Part shown: positions 29,404-39,502 of the stretch, one piece after another | Layout of the letters: the number at the start of each line of letters is the position of its first letter | How positions within the stretch are numbered: the stretch's first letter is position 1 | Assembly (NCBI GenBank): GCA_048940645.1 | Contig: JBHLOI010000024.1 | Location: 1 to 50,167 of the forward strand | Source: Promethearchaeota archaeon | GTDB lineage: Archaea > Asgardarchaeota > Lokiarchaeia > Sigyniarchaeales > SOKP01 | Direction: 5' to 3' | Length of the DNA: 50,167 bases | Made by a program: the position numbers and the translations under genes | Notes under the pieces: model-generated | Seen by the model: only the letters and a program-made list of their open reading frames with translations | Told to the model about the DNA's origin: nothing | The model's database searches: none

Positions 29404-31374
29404 ATGTTAATCATGAAACTTAAACGAAAAAGCTTAAATGTTTCTTTTATAGTAGGATTAACTCTGACGCTATTATTAGGAGGATTATTCTCATTTAATT
29501 CAAATCAACTAAATAATTTATCAGAACCAAAATATATCGACTTGAATCCAATCTCATCACCATATGAAGAATTTAAAAAAGGGAATTTTACAGGATATGA
29601 ATTTTCCTTTTACAATTTATCTGTTTACTTAGATGAAGATACAAGTACCGTAGCGGGGAATTTAATTGTTGATTTTTACAATAATGATCCTGTAAACTTC
29701 ACTCAGATACCTTTCCATCTTTATGCATCTGGGATGCGATATGATACAAGACCGGGTTATATTGAAATATTAAATGTAACTACATTAGCCGAGCCTAAGG
29801 AGGAACTGTCCTACGAAGTCTTTAATAGCACTCAATTAATGTGGGTAAACTTAACCACTGAATTAGAACCTACTAATCGGACTTCATTCATTATCTCTTT
29901 TAATACAACTCTACCAGATGGAGGAATTGATCGAGCAAATGAGCATGGGTGGGATCATAATGAGTCTCGCATTTTTAAATTTGCAAATTGTTATCCTCAA
30001 CCATGTGTGTATGATGAATTTGATGGATGGAATATTGATCCTTATTTTTTAGTAGGAGATCCTTTCTATTTTGACATGGCCTACTATGATTTAATCATAA
30101 ACGTTCCAGAAAATATGACTGTAGCAGCTACAGGTGCATTAATTGATAATAAAACAATCGGAGATAGAACAATATTTCATTATAATCCACGTCTACCTGT
30201 ACGGGAAGTGACATTTTCAGCATCTCGTTATTTTGTCGTAGAATCTGTAATCGTTTCTAATGCAAATGTTACCGTTTCGACTTACTTTCTTCCAAAATCT
30301 GATTGGTTATGGCACGAATTTGCTCTTGAGTCTATAAGCCCTGGTGGTTTATTTAATCTTACATTTGGGGATTATCCATATCCTACATTAAATGTCGTTC
30401 AAGAATATACTCATTATGGGGGAATGGAATATCCCTGCCAAGTCTATGCTTCTGAACAAGCAGATAGTGCTGATAATCCATGGGTATATCTTGAGACTGT
30501 TATAGTACATGAAGTCGGGCATCAATGGTTCTATAATTTGGTTGGGATTGACGAGGTTGATTGGGGCTTTTTAGATGAAGGTATTGTATGCTGGATTACA
30601 GATTGGGCAAAGGATTTTTTTCATCCTGACTGGAATCTTTTTGAACCATATTGGTTAATGGATTATGTATGGAATTATTCTTTGAATTATGGATTACCTA
30701 ATAGAATTAATCAATCTATCCCTGATTGCCTGAGTAGTAATACAGACTATTGGTACACAGCATATAGAAAAGCTCCAGTTGTACTTGAAAATTTACGGCG
30801 TATTATAGGAACCGATAAGATTCTTGAAGGTCTAAGAATCTTTACCCATGAATTTTACTTTGAAATTGCAACATTTACAGACTTTATTCAATCAATTGAA
30901 TCTGCAGTAGGTGAATCTCTAGATTGGTTTTTTAATCCTTGGTTTAATAACCCTTATCTTCCCAAATATAATTTTGTTGATGTAATATATGATGCTACAA
31001 GTAAATTACTCAATATTACAATTGAAGATGTTAACGAAGGTTTAAATCCATATAGTTATTCGCAACCAATCCCTCTCGAAATTTATAATAATAGCTTGAA
31101 CTTAGAATTCAATGGTGATACATGGGTTAATGGTACAACTTCTATTATCGTTCCAATAGAAACGGTACCAGTGCGTGTTGTTTTAAATTATTCTAATAAT
31201 ATTCCTGTTCAATTGTCACAGTATGGTTTAACCTATTTAGAAACTACAAATATCACAATTGTGAATATTCCATCTCAAGGGATCGCAGGATACGATATTT
31301 TAATTATCGTTTTCTGTTTCTGTGCTTTAGGATTGATAACTATCTATAAGAAGAATCGATCTTCTCATAAATAA
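29404..31374 (+). CDS. Membrane-anchored M1-family zinc aminopeptidase
   Basis: GGMEYP, HEVGHQWF-x-LDEG; N-terminal signal/TM; C-terminal IAGYD + TM + basic tail (Loki-CTERM-like). Confidence 0.9.
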   Translation: MLIMKLKRKSLNVSFIVGLTLTLLLGGLFSFNSNQLNNLSEPKYIDLNPISSPYEEFKKGNFTGYEFSFYNLSVYLDEDTSTVAGNLIVDFYNNDPVNFTQIPFHLYASGMRYDTRPGYIEILNVTTLAEPKEELSYEVFNSTQLMWVNLTTELEPTNRTSFIISFNTTLPDGGIDRANEHGWDHNESRIFKFANCYPQPCVYDEFDGWNIDPYFLVGDPFYFDMAYYDLIINVPENMTVAATGALIDNKTIGDRTIFHYNPRLPVREVTFSASRYFVVESVIVSNANVTVSTYFLPKSDWLWHEFALESISPGGLFNLTFGDYPYPTLNVVQEYTHYGGMEYPCQVYASEQADSADNPWVYLETVIVHEVGHQWFYNLVGIDEVDWGFLDEGIVCWITDWAKDFFHPDWNLFEPYWLMDYVWNYSLNYGLPNRINQSIPDCLSSNTDYWYTAYRKAPVVLENLRRIIGTDKILEGLRIFTHEFYFEIATFTDFIQSIESAVGESLDWFFNPWFNNPYLPKYNFVDVIYDATSKLLNITIEDVNEGLNPYSYSQPIPLEIYNNSLNLEFNGDTWVNGTTSIIVPIETVPVRVVLNYSNNIPVQLSQYGLTYLETTNITIVNIPSQGIAGYDILIIVFCFCALGLITIYKKNRSSHK

Positions 31375-31397
31375 TCAATTTTTTTTTTTATTGAGTT

Positions 31398-31610
31398 TTA
31401 CTTTTCACATAAAATTGCATGATTCATCATTCTGGAACCAACAAAACAATCTAAAATTAACCTTTTATTAGTGACACTTACACTAAGGCATCTTTTTATT
31501 GCATCAATCGATTTAGGGTGACCAAATTCATTACTACTAAAGAACTATCTTAAAATACTTGTTTCATCTTCAATTAGCATTGAGACATCAAATAGAGTTG
31601 ATCTTAACAA
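31398..31610 (-). pseudogene. Degenerate DNA amino-methyltransferase (type III Mod-like) fragment
   Basis: LLRSTLF...ILR*FFSSNEFGHPKSIDAIKRCL....LILDCFVGSRMMNHAIL resembles F..PKP..LIKR....ILDFFAGSGTTAHAV; internal stop. Confidence 0.6.
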
Positions 31611-31712
31611 AAATTAAAAAAAAAGTGTTTTAAATAGTTTATTTGAAATATTCCCGTCTTATCAAATAGATTTTGTGCTATATCTAAGTGTCTACACACG
31701 CAATACTTGTTT

Positions 31713-31847
31713 TTATTCACAACAATCTTCATTTAATGTTGTCTCTCTTTTATTAGCGCTCTCATTTGAGCTCACGCAAGTGCAAAAACAATTCTTATCT
31801 TCCTTAACGGGTTCCAAATCTTTAATTTGTTTTAGCTTATTAGACAT
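31713..31847 (-). CDS. Small Cys-rich peptide, 44 aa, not in ORF track
   Basis: MSNKLKQIKDLEPVKEDKNCFCTCVSSNESANKRETTLNEDCCE; divergent from the HxlR regulator. Confidence 0.55.
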   Translation of the reverse strand: MSNKLKQIKDLEPVKEDKNCFCTCVSSNESANKRETTLNEDCCE

Positions 31848-31990
31848 TTCTTTATGTCATCCGAAATTTTGTTTTCAATAAATTTTTAATAGATTGCTAT
31901 ATATTATATATTAAGTATAAATTGTAAAGTATTTAAATTGGTAAGTGTATAATAGCATAGTAAGTAAAAATAAGGTGATTTACTATCAAT

Positions 31991-32353
31991 ATGAATACTA
32001 ATTCAGAATGTAGCAATACAGAGCAAAATGGAATATGTTTTTGCCCGATTGAAGGAGTTATCGAAGTTTTAAGCAAAAAATGGGCATTAGTAATTATCGG
32101 TACAATAAGTAATCATAAACGAATTAGATTTAATGAACTTATAAAAGATTTAACTGGAATAAGTCCAAGAACCTTATCAATGAGATTAAAAGAATTAGAA
32201 AAAGCAGAGCTTATAAAAAGAGAAAGTTTCCCAGAAATTCCACCAAGAGTCGAATATACATTGACGCAAGATGGCATAGAAGTTAAAGATGCTATGATAC
32301 CTCTCATGGAGTGGGCTCATAAAAAGTCAATTCAATCAGAAGCAGAAAAATAA
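31991..32353 (+). CDS. HxlR/DUF24 family transcription regulator
   Basis: CPIE....LSKKW, RFNEL, ISPRTLS.RLKELE, PPRVEYTLT. Confidence 0.92.
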   Translation: MNTNSECSNTEQNGICFCPIEGVIEVLSKKWALVIIGTISNHKRIRFNELIKDLTGISPRTLSMRLKELEKAELIKRESFPEIPPRVEYTLTQDGIEVKDAMIPLMEWAHKKSIQSEAEK

Positions 32354-32377
32354 AATAATTTAGCTATTTATAATTTT

Positions 32378-32556
32378 AATTCGTGTATTAGATTACATAT
32401 TTTTTGTGAGTTTCTTGTAGAGAAAAGAAATGGCCTACCAGATTGAAAGGTTAATTTTACAGCCTCTCCGAAATCTGTGTTACAAGCCCATGATCCATCT
32501 AACCCGAATCAAATTCGTACTCCACCATAAGCCCTAAAACGTGCTTTAGTTATATC
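32378..32556 (-). pseudogene. Degenerate copy of the 3' part of 38526..39038
   Basis: Near-identical to 38536-38714; an Arg codon CGA has become TGA. Confidence 0.85.
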
Positions 32557-32706
32557 GTTGGGGGAGAACGGTTTAAGTGTACTTAAAAATATCTAGTTTA
32601 GTTCTTATGTTCATAAAAATTAGATTATTTTATTATCAAATTTTTAGGGTTTATTAGAAATTGAAATCCACGATTAATTAAAAAAAAAGATAATAAGATT
32701 TCTTAA

Positions 32707-34797
32707 TTATTTTCTCTTCCTTAAAGGATATTCCCAAATACTCAAACCTGCTATGAATATTAAACTCACGGGAAGAACATGAATCCAAGGGATAGTCGAT
32801 TTTACTGATTGACTTTCTAAATAAATTTTAATTTCATGAGAGCTATGCGTGTATTCAAAATGAATTAAAATACCTATTTCTCCAACACTCAAAGTAAAAG
32901 GGATCTGTATTCCATCAATGGATACTCCGTATGGGCTAAGTAAAACAGCTTTGGGAATTAAAACATCACAATATCCTGTCGTTCCAGCTCGACCATAAAT
33001 CTCAAAGCTAATTTCATTCCGCGATTCATTAAACACAAGCCCAAAATCGGAGGAATTAGATTTTACAGTTATTGTGTAAGGGGCATCGTCTTTTATTATT
33101 AAATAATTAGTAGTAGTTAAGATTAAAGGCTCAATTTGGAACATCTTTGCATCAACCCAACTTTCACACGTTCTCTGAAGTGCCCAAATATAGTCTCCAT
33201 CCCAAGCAATTGCCCATGTCCCATCAGCCACTGGATAAATTTGCCCTACAACTTGCCAATCATGAGAATATTTAGTTAGATTACCTCCTCCGGTAACTGC
33301 CCAGAAATGTGAGCCTGTCCAAACTAAACCTCCGCTAATACCTTCTCCAGGAACTTGAATTTCTTCAATAATTGCCCCAGTTTTATTTATTTTCCTTACT
33401 AAAGCACCCCCCCTACTAGGAATATAGAGAAAGTCTCCAACACAAGTTAATCCTTGTATACCACCTTCATCTTTTTTTGGTAGATCAAATGAATCATTTA
33501 CTACTATTGCATTCCCAGAAATTAAAAACTTGAAAATTTTGAGTTGACTATGATCATAAGCAAAAAAGTACTCTCCATCCCATGCTAAACCTCGGGCATT
33601 TTCAATAACATCATTTTGAATTTCAATATAATCTCCTGTATCTGGATTCATTCTTATAAAGTTTAAAGCACTCCCTATCTGAGCATTCCAAAAATCAAAT
33701 CGCCAAATATAGCCCATAGCATGCTCTAATGCCCACCCAAAACTTAATCCCAATCCAATTCTTTTTACAACCCTCCTTGTTTCATCTACTGAATCATATA
33801 CATATGGATATTGATCCTCTGAGTCACCCGGAACATAATCTAATGAATAGTTTTTAACATCTTGATAATCAAATACCGGAATCGGTAATGTCATGGTCCC
33901 ATTATCATTATTGATTAGGGTTACATTTGAATTTGGAGTTATAGTAATATGTGGAGGAGATAATGACGGATCAAAAATGTTTTCTTCTATAGTCGCATTT
34001 GTGTGAGCAGCAATCGACACAATATCACCACTATAATTAGTAAAGTAATTTCGTTTAAGATAAACTTCCGAATTTTCTGAATGAAACGCCACAGTTCCAT
34101 TTTTAAATATATTCCTCCTAATAGTAGCATTATTAAACTGTTCTAAAGCAATCTCATGATACCCATTTCCGTATAATGTATTGTTTACATAATCCACATT
34201 GGAATATTCTGCGTACAGTCCTTCTGTATTGACCCACCTCACTATTGAATTCGCAACTGTAGATTCAGAGTAAAATTGGACAATTCCTACGAGTCCATAT
34301 TCTATAATAGTATAATTAAATGTAGAATCTGTAGTACCATTCATATAGATGCCATCCCAATCCCCGTTGATTGGCGGTTCAGCATCAGAAGTAAACCAAA
34401 TCTGCTGATCTGGTGCTCCTAGCGCGTTTATAGTTCCAGCTATAAAAAGGCTTAACCGAGCATCAGGAATTTTGTACCCCCTATAATGCTTAAATTTAAC
34501 AATTGTTCCGGGTAATATAGTAAGTGTTGCATTCTTAGAGACTGTAATGCTTCGAGTTACAAGAATATTTCCACTCCATGTCTCATCACTATTAATTGTT
34601 TCATTTTTTATCTGCATTGGGGGATTACTCGATTTTATCTGCGGTTTAAATTCTTTTTTTTCTATAATGCCATTAATCTTATTAGGATCACTATTAGAAA
34701 AGTCACCAAGAAAAATACTAGCAAAAATCAAGCCAAAAAATAAGAGAGGCAATATAGGGATAAACAGTTTATTTGATTTTAACATTCTCAACCCCAT
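32707..34797 (-). CDS. Large secreted/surface protein: right-handed beta-helix, beta-propeller-like repeats and C-terminal anchor
   Basis: LTILPGTIVKF, G.DWDGI, Asn-rich beta-helix repeats; GLAWDG/GLVWTG/AIAWDG repeats; C-terminal TM + RKRK. Confidence 0.75.
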   Translation of the reverse strand: MGLRMLKSNKLFIPILPLLFFGLIFASIFLGDFSNSDPNKINGIIEKKEFKPQIKSSNPPMQIKNETINSDETWSGNILVTRSITVSKNATLTILPGTIVKFKHYRGYKIPDARLSLFIAGTINALGAPDQQIWFTSDAEPPINGDWDGIYMNGTTDSTFNYTIIEYGLVGIVQFYSESTVANSIVRWVNTEGLYAEYSNVDYVNNTLYGNGYHEIALEQFNNATIRRNIFKNGTVAFHSENSEVYLKRNYFTNYSGDIVSIAAHTNATIEENIFDPSLSPPHITITPNSNVTLINNDNGTMTLPIPVFDYQDVKNYSLDYVPGDSEDQYPYVYDSVDETRRVVKRIGLGLSFGWALEHAMGYIWRFDFWNAQIGSALNFIRMNPDTGDYIEIQNDVIENARGLAWDGEYFFAYDHSQLKIFKFLISGNAIVVNDSFDLPKKDEGGIQGLTCVGDFLYIPSRGGALVRKINKTGAIIEEIQVPGEGISGGLVWTGSHFWAVTGGGNLTKYSHDWQVVGQIYPVADGTWAIAWDGDYIWALQRTCESWVDAKMFQIEPLILTTTNYLIIKDDAPYTITVKSNSSDFGLVFNESRNEISFEIYGRAGTTGYCDVLIPKAVLLSPYGVSIDGIQIPFTLSVGEIGILIHFEYTHSSHEIKIYLESQSVKSTIPWIHVLPVSLIFIAGLSIWEYPLRKRK

Positions 34798-35073
34798 TTA
34801 AAAAGTGAATATTAATATATACAATTTATTTATATAAAAATATTATTTTCAACAATTCTTCGAGCCAATAAGTCTATTTGTTTGTAGAAAATTAATTAAG
34901 CCAAAAACAGAAAAATAGATCAATTTAGCTATTAATAATTTTAATTTACCAATTCAAAATCCAATTTTTCTTACTTTTATGATTCTAATAAATATCAAAT
35001 ATATTTTTATAATATAACTCGATTATTAGGTAAGAAAGCTTAATTTTTTAATGATGGATAAGGGGCATTATAT

Positions 35074-38000
35074 TTGAGAATTTTAGTATTAAGCCACCGG
35101 AATCTGTTTTTTCCTCCATATATATTTTTAAAAGTTCCTGAAACAATTGAAAGGGATGATCTTAAACAGGTTCCCACTTTAATAGAGCTTTATGAAGATG
35201 GTTTTTTTAAACATATGTTTGGAACTTTTAAAACAGCTAATTTGTTGTTTGATATTCCGAGTAAGTATTCAAGAACGAAAAAGGAGCGCCTTTTAATTTC
35301 AATAATAGTTGATAATAAAAACAAAATTAACACTACTTTAGCACAAGAACTTTTAGAAGGATTTGTTGAAGAATTTAAAAAAATTAAAAAAGCCTATAAG
35401 GCTTTTTATGTGGACTCTCAATTTTATCAAGGAGATATAGGTAAGCTACAGGAAATTAGAACACTATTAGAAACATTTAATACATCTTTTCCAGAAGAAA
35501 GAGTCATATTTGAACAAAAAGAGGCAAAAGTGCTAATTTTTGGACTTTCGATGGCGGGGAAAACAACTATTATTAAGACAAGAAGAAAATCTGTATTAAA
35601 AACAATATTTCCAACCATAAATGTAGATATTTCTAGAATCTTAGTTAATAATGTATCTCTATTAACTTATGATACACCTGGACAAGTAAAATTTAAGGAA
35701 ATATGGAAACCATATCTGAAAAAACAAGACGGTTTGATTTTTGTTTTAGATGTTTCGGATAAGTTAAAATTCCCAGATGCACGTGCATTATTACATGAAA
35801 TAGTAGGAATGCCGGAGCTAAGTGAATTACCACTTCTTATTCTTTTCAATAAGATTGATTTAGAAGAACCGAATATAAATGATCTAGAAGACGATATGGG
35901 ATTAGAAAAGCTTGGAAAAATGCCAATGAAATCTTTTTTAACAAGTGGAATTAATAATATAAATATTGATGAAGCATTTAATTGGCTTTCACTTAAAATA
36001 GCCGAGAGAATTGAAACATATACCCCAAGAACAGATATTGGGATAATATTTTGTCGATGGGACGAAAATCTTGGCGTTAAAATCGAAGCAGTTCATCCTA
36101 AAGATGCTTTCGAGAATCCAGAATTGATTTCTATAAAAAGTTTTTCAATTTCGCAATATATTTTTGGAGGAGGAGAATTTAAACGTGCCTCAGTAATTTT
36201 ACCATTTCCTCATTTAAATTCAAATGCTGCAATTTATTTTGATTATGTATCTGATGAGAGTATTAGAGGGGGTTTATTACCATTATCACTAATAATTTAT
36301 TACAATGATAAGATTCCTAAGAGTATAGTTAACCAATTTAGTTATTTCATTCTTAAACAATTTGATAACATAAAAAATAATTACTTGAATAATATTCAAG
36401 TATTAGAAATTCTAAGAGAGATTCATAGTACAATAACAAATCAAATTGATTTATATAAACCATCAATTGAAGCCCTTAAAATTGCTGAATTACGTTATGA
36501 AGCTTTATTTAAGGCTGCTCGAGATGCGATTTTGATTATTGATAAAAAATCAGGAATTATAATGGATGCTAATGAACAAGCAGAGGAGTTATTTCAACTC
36601 CCTTTTGAAGATTTTATCGGATTCCATTCAAGTCAATTATTAAATGAAATTATAAATATCGATTTTAATGAAGAAATATTTGATCAGCTTAATAGTTCCT
36701 TTCCTTTAAGATTAGATGTCATTGATAATTCAGGTAATCTTATTCCAGTTGAAATTAATGTAAATGACGTACAAATGGGAGGACAGGTCTTTACTCAATA
36801 TATTATTCGAGATGTCAGTAAGAGATTAGAGGCAGAAATTAAATTAAAGAATTCTGAAATAAAATATCGTCATCTTTTTAAAGATTCACCATTTTCTATT
36901 CTTTTAATTAATCCTAATGGTTCTATAGTTGATTGTAATCCTGCATTAGAAAAGTCTTTAGGATATACAAGAGAAGAATTATTGGGGAGGCAGTTTGTGG
37001 ATCTTTCATTAATTCATCAAGATTATTTAGTAGAGGTTCTTAAGAGATTTAGAAAAGAAGAAAGGGGCAGAATTTTTCCATCATTAGAAATTCAACTTTA
37101 CCAGAAAAATGGGAATCTCATTTGGGTGAATATGCTATCTTCTTTTGTTGAAATTGGTGATGAAACTTTTTATCAAATAATTTGTCATGATGTAACAGAG
37201 CAAAAAAAAACAGAACTGGATTTAAAGAAAATTTCAAAATTAGAAGGCATTATTGCGAGAACTATTTCGAGATTTATAGGTATAAAAGATTTTAATCAAG
37301 CAATTTATGATTCTCTTAGAGAGATTGGGGAATTAGTTAATGCTAATCGAGCTTCTATTTACATTTTTAATAATAGTTATAATTTTATGAAGAGAAATTA
37401 TATTTGGTATGGTAAATTAACTTATCCACAAATTGATTTGCCTCAATTTATATCAATTAACAATTTTCCATGGGTAATTGAGAAATTAAAAACATCTGAT
37501 TATTTTTGCATTAATGATGTTGCTATGCTTCCTAAACAAGCAATAAACTTTAAATATTTTCTTGAAATGCAAAAAGTTGAAAATATTTTAGTATTTGCAA
37601 TAAAAATTAATGATTTATTAGAAGGAATCATATGTTTTGATAATCTATCGGAAAAAGATTATTGGAAAGAAGAAAATCTTGAAACGTTAGGAATTTTCTC
37701 AGATATACTAAAAAATGCGATATTGCGTAAATTAGCTGAAAACAACTTACGCATAAGCGAAGAATCTTTCCATGAAGAATTTGATAGAGAATACTTCTAT
37801 AAAGAACTATTCATAAATGATATAAATAATATAATAAATAGCCTTCAATCATCATTAGACAAATATATCAAGCAAAACAGTCAATTTATATCAAAATCTT
37901 TAAGAGAATTATTAGATAATGTAAAAAGCGAATGTATTAACGCCCAACTTTTAATATATACAATACAAAAATTAACAGTACTTAATGAAACAAAAATTGC

Positions 38001-38445
38001 AATTGTAAAAGTAGATTTAAATAATGTAATTAATGACGTTATAGATTTTATAACTAGTACATACACCAACAAAAAAATTAATATAATTGTTGAAAATCCC
38101 AGTAAGGAGTTATACGTGAAGGCTGATAAGTTTCTAATAGATGTTTTAGTTAATATACTCATTAGTTCGATAAGATATAGTAAAAAACCCTCAATTGAAT
38201 TGAAGATTATTATCTATAGAAGTAAAGAGAATAATTTAAATTATGTTAAAATAAAATTCATCGATTATAAAAAAGAAATCTTAAATATAGAGAAAGATAT
38301 GATTTTCAAAAAGGAGAGAGAAAAAGATAGTAAAATTAAAGAAATAATTTTAGGATTTCTTCTAGTTGAACGAATCTTAAATAATTATAAAGGAAAAATA
38401 TGGGTAGAAGGAAATAATTTTGTTATCTTAATACCTGAAGCTTAG
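35074..38445 (+). CDS. Fusion: uDENN/longin-like, Arf-like GTPase, uDENN/longin-like, PAS, PAS, GAF, degenerate histidine kinase
   Basis: GLSMAGKT, FPTI, DTPGQ, NKID; FCRWDENLGVKIEAVHP; two PAS/PAC; GAF (NANRASIYIF...GIICFD...W); LFINDINN where an H-box is expected. Confidence 0.85.
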   Translation: MRILVLSHRNLFFPPYIFLKVPETIERDDLKQVPTLIELYEDGFFKHMFGTFKTANLLFDIPSKYSRTKKERLLISIIVDNKNKINTTLAQELLEGFVEEFKKIKKAYKAFYVDSQFYQGDIGKLQEIRTLLETFNTSFPEERVIFEQKEAKVLIFGLSMAGKTTIIKTRRKSVLKTIFPTINVDISRILVNNVSLLTYDTPGQVKFKEIWKPYLKKQDGLIFVLDVSDKLKFPDARALLHEIVGMPELSELPLLILFNKIDLEEPNINDLEDDMGLEKLGKMPMKSFLTSGINNINIDEAFNWLSLKIAERIETYTPRTDIGIIFCRWDENLGVKIEAVHPKDAFENPELISIKSFSISQYIFGGGEFKRASVILPFPHLNSNAAIYFDYVSDESIRGGLLPLSLIIYYNDKIPKSIVNQFSYFILKQFDNIKNNYLNNIQVLEILREIHSTITNQIDLYKPSIEALKIAELRYEALFKAARDAILIIDKKSGIIMDANEQAEELFQLPFEDFIGFHSSQLLNEIINIDFNEEIFDQLNSSFPLRLDVIDNSGNLIPVEINVNDVQMGGQVFTQYIIRDVSKRLEAEIKLKNSEIKYRHLFKDSPFSILLINPNGSIVDCNPALEKSLGYTREELLGRQFVDLSLIHQDYLVEVLKRFRKEERGRIFPSLEIQLYQKNGNLIWVNMLSSFVEIGDETFYQIICHDVTEQKKTELDLKKISKLEGIIARTISRFIGIKDFNQAIYDSLREIGELVNANRASIYIFNNSYNFMKRNYIWYGKLTYPQIDLPQFISINNFPWVIEKLKTSDYFCINDVAMLPKQAINFKYFLEMQKVENILVFAIKINDLLEGIICFDNLSEKDYWKEENLETLGIFSDILKNAILRKLAENNLRISEESFHEEFDREYFYKELFINDINNIINSLQSSLDKYIKQNSQFISKSLRELLDNVKSECINAQLLIYTIQKLTVLNETKIAIVKVDLNNVINDVIDFITSTYTNKKINIIVENPSKELYVKADKFLIDVLVNILISSIRYSKKPSIELKIIIYRSKENNLNYVKIKFIDYKKEILNIEKDMIFKKEREKDSKIKEIILGFLLVERILNNYKGKIWVEGNNFVILIPEA

Positions 38446-38525
38446 AAATTTTTGATATAAAAACCCCCGTGCAAGTTCTGACCTACATATATGGCAAGAT
38501 TAAATTTAATCATTGATATGTAATT

Positions 38526-39038
38526 TTAATTTGATAATTCGTGTATTAGGTTGCATATTTTTTGTGGGTTTCTTGTAGAGAAAAGAAATGGTCTCCCAGA
38601 TTGAAAGGTTAATTTCACAGCCTCTCCGAAATCTGTGTTATAAGCCCATGAGCCATCTAACCCGAATCGAATTCCTACTCCACCATAAGTCCTAAAATGT
38701 GCTTTAGTTATATCACAACTGGTTATTTTGTTTAGAGGAATCCTTTTATGATTAAATATTCCATAGGACACTTTAAGTTGATTTCTGGTTAAATTAATTT
38801 TTAGTCCTCTGTAGTTCCAATAAAAAAGAAAAATGAGTAGACTTACAACACCAAAAATGATACCTACAAACCAAAGTTCTTCTGGATTGATAAGAGGAAT
38901 GATTATACCGAGAGAGAGAATTAACAAAAATGCAAACAGGATTACAGCCTTAACAAATTTTCCCGCAGGAACCCATTCTGCATATACTATATCATCATGA
39001 TTTTGGATATTATTTTCTTTAATTATATTAATCACCAA
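38526..39038 (-). CDS. Two-TM membrane protein with bacterial PH-like domain
   Basis: 2 TM segments then RIPLNKI..YGGVGIR...AVKL......FSTRNP. Confidence 0.7.
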   Translation of the reverse strand: MVINIIKENNIQNHDDIVYAEWVPAGKFVKAVILFAFLLILSLGIIIPLINPEELWFVGIIFGVVSLLIFLFYWNYRGLKINLTRNQLKVSYGIFNHKRIPLNKITSCDITKAHFRTYGGVGIRFGLDGSWAYNTDFGEAVKLTFQSGRPFLFSTRNPQKICNLIHELSN

Positions 39039-39162
39039 TTTAATTTTGTGTCTTTCAACATGCTCACCAAAAATAAAATGGGATTTAAATTTTTTTAATC
39101 TTACTATAAGAGAAAACCTTAATTTAAGAAATATTTATAACTAAAAGGAGAGAAATAAAAAT

Positions 39163-39501
39163 ATGAATGATTATGATTTTGACAAAGAAAGGAAGCAATT
39201 AATGGATCTAATGAAAAATACAGATAATTTCTTCAAAGATTTTGGAAGAGTTGATGATGATGCATTTTCTGAGGGAGCGATTCCAAAAAAATATAAAGAA
39301 TTAGCAATGGTTGCTGTATCAATTGTTTCAAAATGCGAAGAATGTATTGAATATCATATCAAGGAATGTCTAAAAGTGAATTCGAGTGCACCAGAGATTA
39401 TTGATACAATTAAGATGGGAATGATGGCTGGTGGTTCACTTAGTTATCCATATGTAAGACATTCATTTAAAATGTTAAAAAAATTAAAAATTATAAACTG
39501 A
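39163..39501 (+). CDS. Carboxymuconolactone decarboxylase/AhpD family protein
   Basis: KYKEL..VAVS....CEECIEYH. Confidence 0.88.
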   Translation: MNDYDFDKERKQLMDLMKNTDNFFKDFGRVDDDAFSEGAIPKKYKELAMVAVSIVSKCEECIEYHIKECLKVNSSAPEIIDTIKMGMMAGGSLSYPYVRHSFKMLKKLKIIN

Positions 39502-39502
39502 A

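Noticed and set aside
31675-31881. Plus-strand 68-aa ORF in the track
   Set aside because: Likely the antisense shadow of the Cys-rich peptide gene.
31957-31986. ATAGTAA/TTACTAT inverted repeat before the HxlR gene
   Set aside because: 7-bp AT-rich arms could arise by chance.
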